Shown here: positions 42,536 to 55,864 of the stretch, piece after piece
Layout: each line of letters starts with the position of its first letter
Numbering within the stretch: position 1 is the stretch's first letter
Assembly: GCA_951406725.2 (NCBI GenBank)
Contig: OX597827.1
Coordinates: 48,484,001 to 48,548,000, forward strand
Length of the DNA: 64,000 nucleotides
From: Octopus vulgaris
Lineage: Eukaryota
Direction: 5' to 3'
Made by a program: the position numbers and the translations under genes
The notes under the pieces: model-generated
Databases searched by the model: none
The model's input: the letters and a program-made list of their open reading frames with translations, nothing else
What the model was told of the DNA's origin: nothing

Positions 42536-42751
42536 CATACATACATCATACATACACACATCATACATACATACATACATATGTGCATACATATACACAC
42601 ACACACACACACATACATACATACATACATACATACATACATACATACATACATACATACATACATACATCAAACATACATACATACATACATACATACA
42701 TACATACATACATACATACATACATACATACATACATACATACATACATAC

Positions 42752-42866
42752 AAAGATGTCACGTTGTCGAAGTTGAAATTCCAATGAAGGAGCCTTGGGT
42801 CTAGTTTTGAAACCGTTTCTTTCTCTATTGCCAAGCAATCTTGAAATTAACTGAATAATGACATAC
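42752..42866 (+). mobile_element. Second, diverged copy of the R4-like 3' terminus between (CATA)n tracts
   Basis: GTTGAAATTCCA.TGAA...TTCTCTATTG.CAAG.AATCTTGAAAT.AACTGAATAAT is shared with 42430-42535. Confidence 0.8.
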
Positions 42867-43161
42867 GTACTTCCATACATGTATACATTCTGTTCAACAT
42901 CGTATATTGTAACCGTCCATCCCATTAGCCCAACCTATAAGCCGTTTTAATGTGAAAGATCGAAGACTTGCAATTTATACTCATTACGACTATCGAATTA
43001 ACGAATCTATGAACTCTCCCACACAAGTTCTTAGTCGTTCTAACACACTTAAAAATACGAGGACATCCATAGAATCCTATTATGATGCTTAATCAAGTTA
43101 ACACTGCATTCTATTAATAGGATCGTTGATGAGTTTATACATACATATGTACATGAATCTA

Positions 43162-43220
<59 letters not shown>

Positions 43221-43227
43221 TATATAC

Positions 43228-43254
<27 letters not shown>

Positions 43255-43260
<6 letters not shown>

Positions 43261-43520
43261 AACGGCAGTTTGTCTGTGCGTGTTTCTGTGTGTCTGTTTG
43301 CTTGTACTCACCCGACCACGCTTTCAACCGATTCTGATGAAACTTGACACACATAGCCAATGTCATAATTCAAAACTAACGCAGTGAAAATTTTGAAAAG
43401 TTCCCCATGAAAATCGATAAATATATATACTCCACCTTTTAAATCTCAAAAAATACCATCATTTTTTTCCATTTTTTTGCTATTTTTTGGCTATAACTCT
43501 CTAAAAATGCTATAGTTATA
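43255..43520. mobile_element. Helentron/Helitron-associated non-autonomous element (HINE-like)
   Basis: TGTCTG microsatellite followed by CCGATTCTGATGAAACTTG and later CTATAACT; pattern typical of DINE-1-like elements. Confidence 0.55.
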
Positions 43521-43864
43521 TATATATATATATATATATAAACACAAACACACATACACACAATATAATAGATTCACCTTAATTGACCTATTAGAAGACA
43601 CCTTTAAGTGTTTTCATAAAAGTTGTAAAGAAATTACATTTTTGGTTTATTTATTTATTGCTTGTTCGTCTGTGGTGTTTAATTTTATAGCTAAGTGATA
43701 TTAAAATGATTTCTGATGAGGGATGTAGCCAGGCGGACGCATCGTAATTAGTAGATAAATTGGATAATTTGAAGAACTAGTAAGAGAAACATTAATGTAC
43801 TTTCAACATTTAACAAACATAGACACGCACACACGCGACACACGCACGTATATAGATATGTTTA

Positions 43865-44082
43865 AGTTGGCGAGCTGGTTGACTCTTTGCCGCGCCGGAC
43901 ATAACCGCTTAGTAGCATTTCTTCTGGATCTTTACTTCGTGGTTTCAAATGTCACCCGAGTCAGCTTTGCTTTTCACTATTTTGGAGTCGACAAAATTTG
44001 TACCAGTTCAGCCCTAGGCTCAATGCAATCAGCTTACCACTTCCCTCTAAGTTTCAGGCCCTTTGCATATTGTAGAAAGAAT
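43865..44082 (+). mobile_element. SINE family A, diverged
   Basis: TGGCGAGCTGG...GTTTCAAAT...CTTTGCTTTTCA...GGAGTCGACAAAATTTGTACCAGTT. Confidence 0.75.
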
Positions 44083-44297
44083 ATAGAGATGTGTGTGAGC
44101 AGACATAATGGTGTGGCAAAGAAATCCAATTCATGAATACATGGTAGCGGTTTTGTTCCTAGCAAATCTAGAACCTAGGCATACTGTTTCATTTTCATTT
44201 CACATTGAGAAAATGATTTGTGTATTAATGTGGCTGAGTTTATGAGTATGTTAATTTAATGAGTTTATATAACATTTACAATTATCTTACTGGCGAT

Positions 44298-45665
44298 CTA
44301 TCATCGTCAAGATCCCTAACTGACGCGCCAGTCGCTGGGGTGTCACTCTAGAGGCTCTCGCTGTCAGCTGTCACCACTGGTCTGTTTTTATTGCCATGCG
44401 CAGTACGTTCCACTCTTGTGACTTGTCTACTTCCTGGTGTTGTCAAACCAGGATTTTCTCTGTCTGTTTCTTTTTCTCCCTCTCTCACCTATACTCTGAA
44501 GATTGGGTTTATAAAGAGAATTGTGGCGGAATACATGATAGTACTAGGAACCCATTCATCTTTTTAACTGTGCAAGGAGTGATTCCTGTCTGCTAAAGTA
44601 TTTTCTGACAAAGCTGATCGTTTTGTGTTCTATGTAAGCGGTATGAAATATTTGTATTCAAGTGTCAGGATTCTTCGCCCCTTGTTAGCAATAAGTGAGA
44701 GCATCTGTAACACCCATACAAAAGGATCGAAGCCACCAGGGACTTGTACACTCTGAGTTTTGTTGGAAATTAATGCCATTGCTTTTCTCTATTGTTCCGC
44801 TTCGTCATGGCAGTAGAGGCTAAACTGAGTTTTATTGTTATTTGGTCAAAGTGAATCCTATGTACTTGCAGGTGTCTACTTCGTCAAATCTTTTTCCATT
44901 CAACATAATGTTGGTTGCTGTGTTTTCATTGTTACTATCAACCAGGATTTTGCTCTTTTATGCTCCTCGATACTTTTTCCAGTCTGGTGGTGAGCATTTT
45001 TAGGTTTGCTTCACTGTTTCCTAACAGGTCAATATCATCAGCAAAACGCAGGTCGAAAAAATTCCACCTTCAATGGAAACAGACAAGTAGAGGTTTTGAA
45101 CCCTCTCCTGCAAATGTTCTTCCATGCTATTATTCAGACGTGCACATCGTGAGTTTTCATATACTACTGGGATTACTTAACTAAGTTGTAATTCCTCATC
45201 ACCTCTCACCACCCAACATGCGAAGCACAGTGAAAGGCGTTTTGGAAATCAATGAAGCAGTGCTAGAAATCAGATTGATGTTGCAGGTTTTCTCAGAGAG
45301 CAACCCAATGTTAAGTATCTGCTCCACAGTTTCCTTGTAGGTCTAAATCCTGCCTATTCTTCTGCAAGGATTTCTTCTGCCTTCCCCTTAAGTCTATGTA
45401 GCAAAACTCTTAGCAATACTTTGCTGGAATAGCTAATTAACCAATTTGTTCTATAATTCTGTCAGAATCTAAAGTGCCTTTCTTGGGAATGGGTATCATC
45501 AGTGATTCGGTTGGATCATTTAGCCACGGCTTCGTCTCTCATATCTTCTGACAAGTAAGTGTTAGTACCATTATAAGCTTTAGCCCTTCAGGTTGTAGGA
45601 GTTCTGCTGAGATGTTATCCACTCCTGGGGATTTTCCATCTTCGAGCATATACACTGTCTCTTGA
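44298..45665 (-). mobile_element. Decayed RTE-clade LINE (reverse transcriptase to 3' end)
   Basis: Minus-strand motifs in order: GKSPGVDNISAELLQ, MIPIPKKG, DLRFADDIDLL, CKYIG, LLYGC; many frameshifts. Confidence 0.9.
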
Positions 45666-45734
45666 ACTAAGTGGTTAAAAGCATTTCCGTACTGTGGAGA
45701 GAAAAATGAAACAATATAACTAGGTTGTTCTCAA

Positions 45735-46020
45735 ATGCTACTTATTTTATTGACTCCTAAAAGAAGGAAGGCAGAGGCAATTTCGGTGGCATTTGAACTT
45801 AATCATAGTTTCAAATTTTAGAACAAGGCTAGCAATTATGAGGGTAGGATTTAGTCGATGCCATCCACCCTAGTGCATCTCTGGTGCTTATTCTATAGAC
45901 CCCGAAACGGTGAACAGTAAAGTCGACTTCGGATGAATTTGAACTCAGAATGTAATGAGTCGCAAGAAATAACGCTAGATACTTTGTCCGACGCTGTAGC
46001 GATTTTACCAGATCGACACT
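45735..46020 (-). mobile_element. SINE family A fragment plus diverged copy
   Basis: GACCCCGAAACGGTGAACAGTAAAGTCGACTTCGGATGAATTTGAACTCAGAA. Confidence 0.75.
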
Positions 46021-47619
46021 TGATTGTGTAGCGTAATATTAATTACATTCAAGTTGTTTGACTATGCACTGCTATAGAAATTATGGTCTGTCTCAATCAG
46101 TTTACACTATGATTAGCTTTTAACTAATAACGTAAAGTTTAGACATCAAAAAATTGTATTCAGATGAAGGGGTGGCAAGACTGAAACTAGAAATATTGCC
46201 AAGCTTTCCTGGCGTAACCAGGCTGGTTTCTTTTCACAGGGTACCATATTCTATGCGCCTTTTGAAAATACACCTTACAGTTGAAGTTAAAGTTATCCGG
46301 GAAACGCTCTATTGTGTGCTACTAATTCATTATTCCACATCGCCAGCGCATGCTCCTGTTTTGATTTAGGCAGCAAAACATAGTACTGGTCGAGTTTGTA
46401 TATATTGTTCCTTCAGACACAAAATCTTTCTTCTATAAATATCTACAAAGCTAGAAATACAAAATAAATATATATTTCATCAGCTTTTTAAGTATTTTCG
46501 CAGAAATATCATATTCAACCGAATGAATAGAATCTAGAACTAATTTTTCAACATACACTATTTTTGTTTTACTTTGAGGTTTAGTTTCTCCTTTTGTAAA
46601 CACTTTTGAACATTTTAATGTTAGTGCGACAGAGGCCTTCATTCGGACTTCAAATAGAATAGCGAAGCTTTCCAGTCAATGATAAAAGTGTGTTGAATAC
46701 AACATATATTAGGTTTCAAAAGCTGATTCATAATTGAAAACGGCTGTGAATCGTATTCGTGAAACTCGTCATAGAACATCTTTCATATAATGTTTTTCTG
46801 TTGTTTTCTGCGTCGATCTGTTTTACCTACTTCACATTTTGCCGGTCTTTTATGTCAATTCCTCCCTTTTAACATATTTACGCTGTTAATAAATTCCTTT
46901 TAAGTTCTCTTAGTAAAAATATTGGCTTTGGATGTTTTTGCGCGCAGGAAGTTACTAATGTAAGTCTCTCATCTCATAAACTCAGACTGACATACAGACA
47001 TACGCATAGAAACGTACCTGAGTGCAAGTACATGTACATATGTTCCTACAGACACATACAAACGCATAAGTATTATTCATTCAGTAGATGATAGCTCAGA
47101 AATGCACAAGTATAACAAATACATACATCCTCTGTAAACGACAATCAGAAACACTATTTCCCACTCAGGTAATATACACTCGAGGGAAAGTGTCCGAAGC
47201 AGATCCAACACTTCAGAATCAGCTACTACATAGTTGAGAACTCTCTCTTCCAGGCTTTATAAGATAGGAATCATTAAATTAAAAGAGATATTTTCTAGAA
47301 TCCGCAACTCTCCATTTTGATAGGTTAAAAATATACTTACTTATCGAGCAATTATATACCTTATATCAACGAAGCCTTAGGCATCAGATTTGATAATGGA
47401 GGTAATGGCTGTAAATCTTTATCAAAATAAATATTCCTATCTGTAGTGAAGGTGAAGTTATCACTCACATATAAAACATTTTAGGGGTAACGAGATGAGA
47501 AGAGATACTTTAATGGCTTCAGTAAAAATTTCAATAAAAATAAAAATACAGGATCAAAAGAAACGAGGAAAGGTGACATTGTTTTGTTGAATAAGAGGTT
47601 AATGGGACAATAAATATTA

Positions 47620-48224
47620 TTTTCCACTCTAGGCACAAGGCCCGAAGTTTTTGGGGAGGGAGCCAGTCGATTAGATCGACCCAGTACGCAACCGGTACTT
47701 AATTTATCGACCCCAAAAGGATAAACAGCAAAGTGAACCTCGGCAGAATTTGAACTCAGAACATAAAGACAGACAAAATGCTGCTAAGCATTTCACCCGG
47801 CGCACCGACATTTGGAAAAGAAATATTTATTTCTTTATTGCCCACAGGGGGCTAAACATAGAGGGGACAAGCAAGGACAGACACAGAGTTTAAGTGCGTA
47901 ACTGGTACTTATTTAATCGACCCCGAAAGGATGAAGGGCAAAGGCGACCTCGGCGGAATTTGAACTCAGAACTTGAAGACAGACGAAATACATATTTCTT
48001 TACTACCAACAAGGGGCTAAACACAGAGAGGACAAACAAGGACAGACAAACGGATTAAGTCGATTATATCGACTCCAGTGCGTAACAGGTACTTAATTTA
48101 TCGACCCCGAAAGGATGAAAGGCAAAGTCGACCTCGGCAGAATTTGAACTCAGAACGTAGCGGCAGACGAAATACTGCTAAGCATTTCTAACGCCGTGCT
48201 AACGTTTCTACCGGCTCGCTGCCT
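47620..48224 (-). mobile_element. Cluster of three SINE family A copies (including a dimer)
   Basis: Copies at ~47620-47808, 47828-47991 and 47993-48224; the dimer is flanked by TTTGGAAAAGAAATA / TTTGGGAAAAGGAATA. Confidence 0.9.
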
Positions 48225-48780
48225 TTTGGGAAAAGGAATACTGAAGTAAAAGCATATCTGGTGTTGATGACTTATTTGAAACTCCGTTCCTATTGTGTAC
48301 GCATGAAATTCAATTCATATGTGACAGTAGGAATCATACAACCGTTTATTAAATTATAAAACGAAACCGTTAAAAATCCTTTCATTTTCTTCCTGTTCTC
48401 TACTTATTTATGATTCATTAAATGCGTTTATAATTTCACTTTTAACCTTTAAAGCGTATTTCACACACTTGCCTTTAATCTGATAAACATGCATTTATCC
48501 TTATCCATTTGCACACTAAACTTCGTATAAGCTTTTATGAACTCATTCTTATTGCAACTTGAAGCGTTGTCTTGCTTCCATTTTATTTTAATCTACTCTT
48601 CGATAACTTCTAATCGTTTATATTATAGCTTAAACTTGCAACGCATTCGTTTCCGCACACTTTAATTTCATGTTATATTAAGTTTAATTTCACAATATAT
48701 GCCTTGTGTACGTTGTTTCTAGATTTAATACTTGCATTGTTTCAATATATAACAAGTTCCTCTTAATTACGCAACAATAG

Positions 48781-48843
48781 CCACCAGAACTGCCACCACA
48801 ACCACCACCGCTGCCGCCACCACCACCACCACCATCACCACCA
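48781..48843. repeat. Imperfect (CCA)n repeat
   Basis: Direct inspection. Confidence 0.85.
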
Positions 48844-49570
48844 GCTTCATCAGTGTCACCATTCTCATTATCAGCTCTCTTCTTCAAGTACGCACGGCTA
48901 CAGATGAATGTAGTAGACTTTCTTGTATGAAGCGTGTTCTTGTGTGTGAAGTAAGAATTTAAATCAACTAATTTTATTATTACAATATCAAACAAGTTGC
49001 AGCTATCGTCTGCTATCAAGAACAATGTAACAGATATTTACCTATGTTTACGTGCATGAAATTCGCCACAACAGTACCATAAGAGAATTGACAAGTTGCT
49101 TTCAGCTACCCAAGGCCATTGATCAAGTTTGTGGAGGGAAGATTTGGCGTACCGTCTTTTTCATGGGCTGAATTTCAAGTATGTCCGAAAAAAGTAATTG
49201 TAAACATCACGATAATCTATTTCATTATTAGCTCCGAGTCCACACTTGGCTCTCCATTTTATTGATAATGTAATATTTATTTTCTTATATGAAAAACGAC
49301 GTGTATGATGAGTTAGTATTACCATATATTACTGTTCAGTCCGGCTGCAAATCTCTAGGATTTTTTCGAGCATAGATGTCAGAAAAATGTTGTAACTTCT
49401 CTTTAACAATTATATACATTTTATTTATTATTTTGTACTTTACTTAATTATTGGTATGTTTTTATCGTATATTCAATTTTTTTCTATATGGTATAATTTA
49501 ATTATATCATTGTTATTTCATTGTTGAATTGATAAAAGTTGGTTCTTCTCTAATTTATATTCACACATTC

Positions 49571-49616
<46 letters not shown>

Positions 49617-50311
49617 GAAATTTGCGTAATGTATAACTTAGGTAGATTTAACTAAAAGTGCGTATATCATTTTCTGTTAATTTTAAAGGTGACAGTTTTC
49701 TGCATGGATGTATAATGCATACGTACATACATCTTTTCATAAATGCACACAGACTCGCAGTTTCTACTCAGACAATGTTCTTCAATGTGTATTCAAAACA
49801 ATTCGACTAGGCTAGAACATAACACTATCAGTTTAAACAGCAGGTAACCAATTATTGCGGCAGACATATGCATAAATTATATATTTCTATGCCTCTAGCG
49901 ATCGTAAATAAATGAATCCCTCTCGTAGACATAATGAACAAGATGCAATGAGTTAGCTTGTATCGCATTACGTATTACCACTTTCGCAGCTGGTATCTTA
50001 TATAATTAATTATTTGTTCTAAGTTAGTGCTAACGTATTTCTTGAGCAACGCGTCATGTTATTGCTGCAGTGAAGAACTTTTGGTGAAATATGAAGTTTG
50101 ATCTTCTGAAGAGTTATTGACTACATAAACGAAAACATGTTTTATATATATATGTAAGTCAACTCAAACGCCAAACGTTGGGTTTTCATTTTTCTTGTAT
50201 CATTAATCCATTTCATACGAGCACTCACAAAACACACACACATACACACACACACATGCAAGCACACGCACACATAAACACAAGCACACACGCGAACACA
50301 CATACAAGCAC

Positions 50312-50386
<75 letters not shown>

Positions 50387-50397
50387 CATATACATGT

Positions 50398-50428
<31 letters not shown>

Positions 50429-50429
50429 C

Positions 50430-50480
<51 letters not shown>

Positions 50481-50846
50481 CATAAACACACTAACACCGG
50501 TTTGGTTGGTTAGTTGGTTGCTTAATTGGTTAATTAGTTGGTTCTCTAGCCACCTTTTACATTGTATAAAGGAAGTGTTAAATTGAACTATAGAAAGAAC
50601 CGACATAACAGGTTCGCAGCGAATGCTTATGGTACTCTTCGCAGCAGGAAATATGTAAATACAAGCTATACAAGTGTAAGAATTACTGAGGCAGAGAGAG
50701 AGAGAGAGAATTTAAATACATTCATACACATATACATACATAGAGACAACCAGGGAGCGTTGTGAATTATGAATGTTTGTGGGTATGTATCTATATGCAG
50801 AATGAGAGAGAAACAGAAACAGAAAGAGCGAGTCATAAATGTGGAA

Positions 50847-50892
<46 letters not shown>

Positions 50893-50895
<3 letters not shown>

Positions 50896-51250
50896 CGCAG
50901 GAGTGGCTGTGTGGTAAGTAGCTTGCTAACCAACCACATGGTCCTGGGTTCAGTCCCACTGCGTGGCATCTTGGGCAAGTGTCTTCTGCTATAGCCTCGG
51001 GCCGACCAATACCTTGTGACTGGATTTGGTAGGCGGAAACTGAAAGAAGTCTGTCGTATATGTGCATATGTATGTGTGAGTATATGTTTGTCCCCTTAGC
51101 ATTGCTTGACAACCGATGGTGGTGTGTTTACGTCCCCGTCACTTAGCGGTTCGGAAAAAAAGACCGATAGAATAAGTACTGGGCTTACAAAGAATAAGGC
51201 GGTTCTCCAGCATGGCAGCAGTCAAATGATTGAAACAAGTAAAAGAGAAA
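50893..51250 (+). mobile_element. SINE family B
   Basis: Matches the 25144 copy. Confidence 0.95.
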
Positions 51251-51262
51251 TAAAGAGGGAAA

Positions 51263-51340
<78 letters not shown>

Positions 51341-51342
<2 letters not shown>

Positions 51343-51711
51343 GGAAGTATATTTGCCACCTAAATGTGGCTAACCCTTAAGGATCGATACTACTGTAGCT
51401 TGTAGCCCCAGGATGATATCTCTTCCAGCTGGCTATTGACATACAATCTGTGCCCTATCAGTATTTGCAAAGGGAAGTCATCATTCCCATCTCCAACCTG
51501 ACATGATACACACGGACCCGGGTTTCTGAGTATTGACCCGTCATCAGCGTGTGACAACCACCGGTTGGCGATGCGAAGTGATTCTCAATGCAAATATTTA
51601 TACTTTCACCAGTCACCGATCTCGAAAAAGTGGAAACAAGCGATAATAAGCCAGTGAGCAAGTTATAAACAGTAGCCGCACGACATCGTGAAGTATATTT
51701 GCCACCTAAAT
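51341..51711 (-). mobile_element. Retrozyme-like 346-bp monomer with terminal redundancy
   Basis: ATCG(G/T)GAAGTATATTTGCCACCTAAAT at 51339-51365 and 51685-51711; central HHR; 3' end at (TA)n. Confidence 0.8.
51509..51553 (-). ncRNA. Minimal type I hammerhead ribozyme
   Basis: Minus: CACACG CTGATGA C GGGT caat ACTC A GAAA CCCGGG TC CGTGTG; 6-bp stem I, palindromic stem III, GUC site. Confidence 0.85.
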
Positions 51712-51802
51712 TCATCCTTATTCCTCAATTACCCCTTCCTTTGTCATTCATATGTCGTGACGTAGAAAAACACAAGAGTATTATATTAGATATCTGTTAC
51801 AT

Positions 51803-51960
51803 TGATTTCAAATTTTGGCACAAAGCCAGCAGTATCAAGCAAATGTAAGTCGGTACTCTTGACTCCAGTGTTCAACTTGTACTTTTTTATCGACCCCGAC
51901 CCAAAAGAATGAAGGGCAAAATCGACCACGGTAGAATTAGAACTCAGAACCTAAAGATGG
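51803..51960 (-). mobile_element. SINE family A, diverged
   Basis: TTTTATCGACCCCG...GAATGAAGGGCAAAATCGACC...GAACTCAGAAC. Confidence 0.75.
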
Positions 51961-51974
51961 ATGCAATAGCTCAT

Positions 51975-52293
51975 TCCATAAACGGTGGCTTTTAACGGGT
52001 GGAGAGCTGAACCATCCTGGGGTGCAGAGGATTCGCATTCTAGACTAGGGTCTGAAAGGTTACCACACCATAATGGATTACAACATGGTTCCTCTGCTTT
52101 GTGGCAGAAGTAGGAAGAAAGAGTGGAAGTGGTGAAAGAGTACAGTGAGGTTCACCACCACCACCTCAGCCGGAGCTTCGTGGAGCTTAGGTGATTTTGC
52201 TCAATAAACACTCCCAATGCCCGGTCTGGGAATCAAAACCGCGTTCTTACGACCACGAGTCCACTGCCCTAACTACTGGGCCATTGCGCCTCC
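51975..52293 (-). mobile_element. SINE with family C head and a different 3' half
   Basis: 52130-52293 is the reverse complement of 40502-40665; the downstream sequence does not match 40690-40885. Confidence 0.75.
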
Positions 52294-52294
52294 A

Positions 52295-52884
52295 CAAGTG
52301 TTGTTTTTGCATGACAACGCACGCCCACACACAGCCACCAAGACCGTTGAAATCATTAACCCATTTCTTTATTACCCACAAGGGGCTAAACATAGAGGGG
52401 ACAAACAATGACAGACATAAGTATTAAGTCGATTACATCGACCCCAGTGCGTAACTGGTGCTTAATTTATCGACCCCGAAAGGATGAAAGGCAAAGTCGA
52501 CCTCGGCGGAATTTGAACTCACAACGTAACAGCAGACGAAATACTGCAAAGCATTTCGCCCGGCGTGCTAACGCTTCTGCCAGTTCGCCGTTGAAATCAT
52601 TAACCGATTACCTACAGCCCAGATCTCGCCCCTTCCGACTAACATATCTTTGGACGGCTCATCGATTTCCTACAGTTGAAGATATGAAGGAAATGGTGCA
52701 TAAATGGTTGCACAACTAACAGAAAACCTTCTTGGAGTGAATACGCAAGCCTATCGATCGCTGGACGAAGTGCATCAAAAAGTAAGGAGACTATATGGGA
52801 AAATAGCGCACTTCTTTATCCCCTACTTTTGTGTAAATACATTGATAAAACAAAAGCACGTATAATTTTTAACTCTCCCTCGTA
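52295..52884 (+). mobile_element. Mariner 3' fragment interrupted by a SINE
   Basis: LFLHDNARPHTA ... YSPDLAPSD*HIFG ... IDRWTKCI..GDY; ends in TIR-like CTCCCTCG-TA. Confidence 0.9.
52362..52587 (-). mobile_element. SINE family A with 18-bp TSD inside mariner
   Basis: CCGTTGAAATCATTAACC at 52344-52361 and 52588-52605. Confidence 0.95.
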
Positions 52885-53353
52885 TATAAATGTATATAAC
52901 TATATATACTAATATGTGTGTATGTATGTATGTATGTACATTATATAAGTTTTGAAGTTTTTAATTCATTCCGAGTGTCAGAACTAAAACGAAAGTTATT
53001 TTATATCCATATTTTTTCCATCATGTATTCATTAAGCAGCTGCGGTGAATTGATAATTAGTTATGGTGACTACTTATGCTGTTTCGTCTATCAGGGTCTC
53101 GTCTGGTACAGAAACACTCCTGCACGTTGCCAAAGGCATAACGTTACATATTGTAATGGCGGACATTTTAATTATATTCCCAGTATGAAGTCCAATTATA
53201 TTGAGACAATATAATACATGCCTAACATTAATAATAGTGTCCACAATTTGTTATCACAGGAAATCAATCGACTTCAGTCAGTCATGTAACATTTCGAGTC
53301 TCTTCTATATATTTCTTTAATACATTAAATTTACATTTAAATTTGTCTCTGTA

Positions 53354-53385
<32 letters not shown>

Positions 53386-53386
53386 C

Positions 53387-53435
<49 letters not shown>

Positions 53436-53450
53436 CTTATATATATATAC

Positions 53451-53491
<41 letters not shown>

Positions 53492-53874
53492 TATACATAT
53501 ATATATATAATATGAATATACATATATATATTTGTGTGTGCTTGTGGGCGTGTGTAAATACATATATATATGAGCATGTACAAATATATATATATAAATG
53601 TGTGGGGTGCGTGCGTGTGGGTGTATGTATATGTATTGTTTAATAACGGTTTCACATGGCTCCATGCAACTTAAGCATTTGAAGACTGGTAGAACGAACC
53701 TAGTTCCTCAGACACGTTAAGATCTAACCTCAAAATACCTGACGAGTATATGAAGTATTAAACTGCATGGAAAGGAATCGAACTCTCGTCATTAAATAAT
53801 ACATATGGACCTACTAAATATGTTAAATGACTCTTTTCTCCATTTGTCCTCTCTCTCTCTTATGCTTGTACGCA

Positions 53875-54835
53875 TGCATCGTGGTGTTATGGAGTGTCTG
53901 CAGAAAAAAAAAGGCTTTTGCTCCCAAGGACATTCATACTGACATAGTTACTGCATTAGTGGATCACACTCCAGCTTTATCAACAATGTAAAAGTGGGCA
54001 ACAGAATTTATCCGGGGAGTCTTGACAATCACCCAAGGTCTGGACGTCTTGCAACTACCACCACTGAGGAAGACATTGATCGTGTTCATGACAAACTGAT
54101 GGATGACAGGCGATTGCCTATAAATCAAATAGGTAATTCTGTTATATCTCGTGAGAAAGCTGAGTATATTCTTAATGAAATTCGGATGACGAAGGTTTCT
54201 GCTCATTAAGTGCCACATCTTCTGATACCCGATCAAAAGTGCACGAGCATGATCAGGTCACGGGTAAATACGACTTCTTTTGAAGCAGATCCAACCTGTT
54301 TCCTCGAACGTTTCGTAACCCAAGATGTGAGTTTGCTTCATCACTTTGAGCCAGAGACAAACACAATTCCGCTCAGGCCAAGATCGTTTCATCTGCAGGG
54401 AGGTTAGCCTCGGTATTTTAGTATGCAAAAGGCACTGTATCTGTCGACTAGCTAAAAACAAACCACACCATTAGTGGAGAGTACTTTGCCAACTTGCTCA
54501 GGCAGTTACAAGAGGCTGTTAAAAACCAAATGCCCAGGAAAACTGACGAAATGCGCCTTGTTTTGTCAGTTCAAAACTCAAGCACACAAAACCTTAGTTT
54601 GATCATCCCCTCTATTTTCCTGTCTTGGCTCCACCTGACAATAATATGTCCCCCCCCAACATGGAGAAACATTTGAATGGGAACCAGAATCACACTGACG
54701 ATAACGTTAGATTTGCTGGTGATGATATTTCTTTATCAACAGGATGAATACTTCTTCACCAATGGGATGTGAGCACTGCAACACTGTTGTAAAAACCGTG
54801 TGGATCACATTCCATGAAAGTATGTTGGTCACCCG
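53875..54835 (+). mobile_element. Decayed mariner transposon
   Basis: KWATEF..., HPRSGRLAT, KVSAH*VPHLL (WVPHLL), FVTQDVSLLHHFEPET, HPPYFPVLAPPD. Confidence 0.88.
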
Positions 54836-55789
54836 ATCCTTTTATACATGCATACATACAACACACACAAGCACGCAAACATACATACATATATACACAT
54901 ATATATGCTCGGGTATGCACACAGTGGCGCCTTTATACATACAGACTTACACACACGCCTTTACATAGAAACGCATACAAGTGTACATATAAGTGTGTGT
55001 GTGTATGTATACGTATGTGTGAATGTGTGTAAGAGTCTGTATGTGTATGTGTGGAAAGGAAAAAGAGTGAGTTTGTGATTGAAACAGATATAGACAAAGA
55101 TAAAGGAAAATACATTCTGAGACAAATAGATAGGTTTTGTCTGATGTTATTCTACGAGTAATATTATGAGAATTTTTAAATAATAATGAGGTTTTCATTA
55201 TTATTTGATTCTGTCTTTTTTGCAGAAATTTTGACGCATTATCTACAATTTCATTAAGTTACCTAAATTTTCAGGCAACAACAGATGTTTTTTGTAGATT
55301 AAATCCATTTTAATATATTCCACTCTAAACACCCACACACACTAAGCTTCGAAAGTATTACCATGTAAATAATCTGAGGTCCAGTCTTTAAATCAATATT
55401 AAATTAGAAATCCCTTGAGCTGTGTCTCTTAGTAAACAGCTGCAAACTTTTTACTTTCAGCGACGGATTCCTTCTAATTTATAAGAATAAGCGACGGATT
55501 CCTGAACGTCTTTTATGTGGCAAAGCTGTTATATATCTGTTTCCGAAAATTAGCTTTGCTTATATGAAATAATTGATTAATTAATCAGGTATTTAATTAA
55601 ATACTTGATTAAACGGATTGTAAAAGTAAGGTTTATGGTTAGCTAATATCATTTACTAAATACTTTAATTTTATATATTTTTACGCCTGTCACTATTTTC
55701 CAAATTGTGTTCACAAGCACAATCACAGATACATATACACACGCAGACAAACACATGCATACACACAGAGAAATACATATGGATGTGCA

Positions 55790-55861
<72 letters not shown>

Positions 55862-55864
55862 CGT

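Noticed and set aside
43331-43347. CTGATGAAAC as a hammerhead core
   Set aside because: No stem II between CTGATGA and GAAA; belongs to a HINE-like CCGATT..TGAAA motif.
48690-49025. Gly-rich/Pro-rich ORF as a host exon
   Set aside because: Explained by a (CCA)n repeat; no recognisable domain or neighbouring exons.
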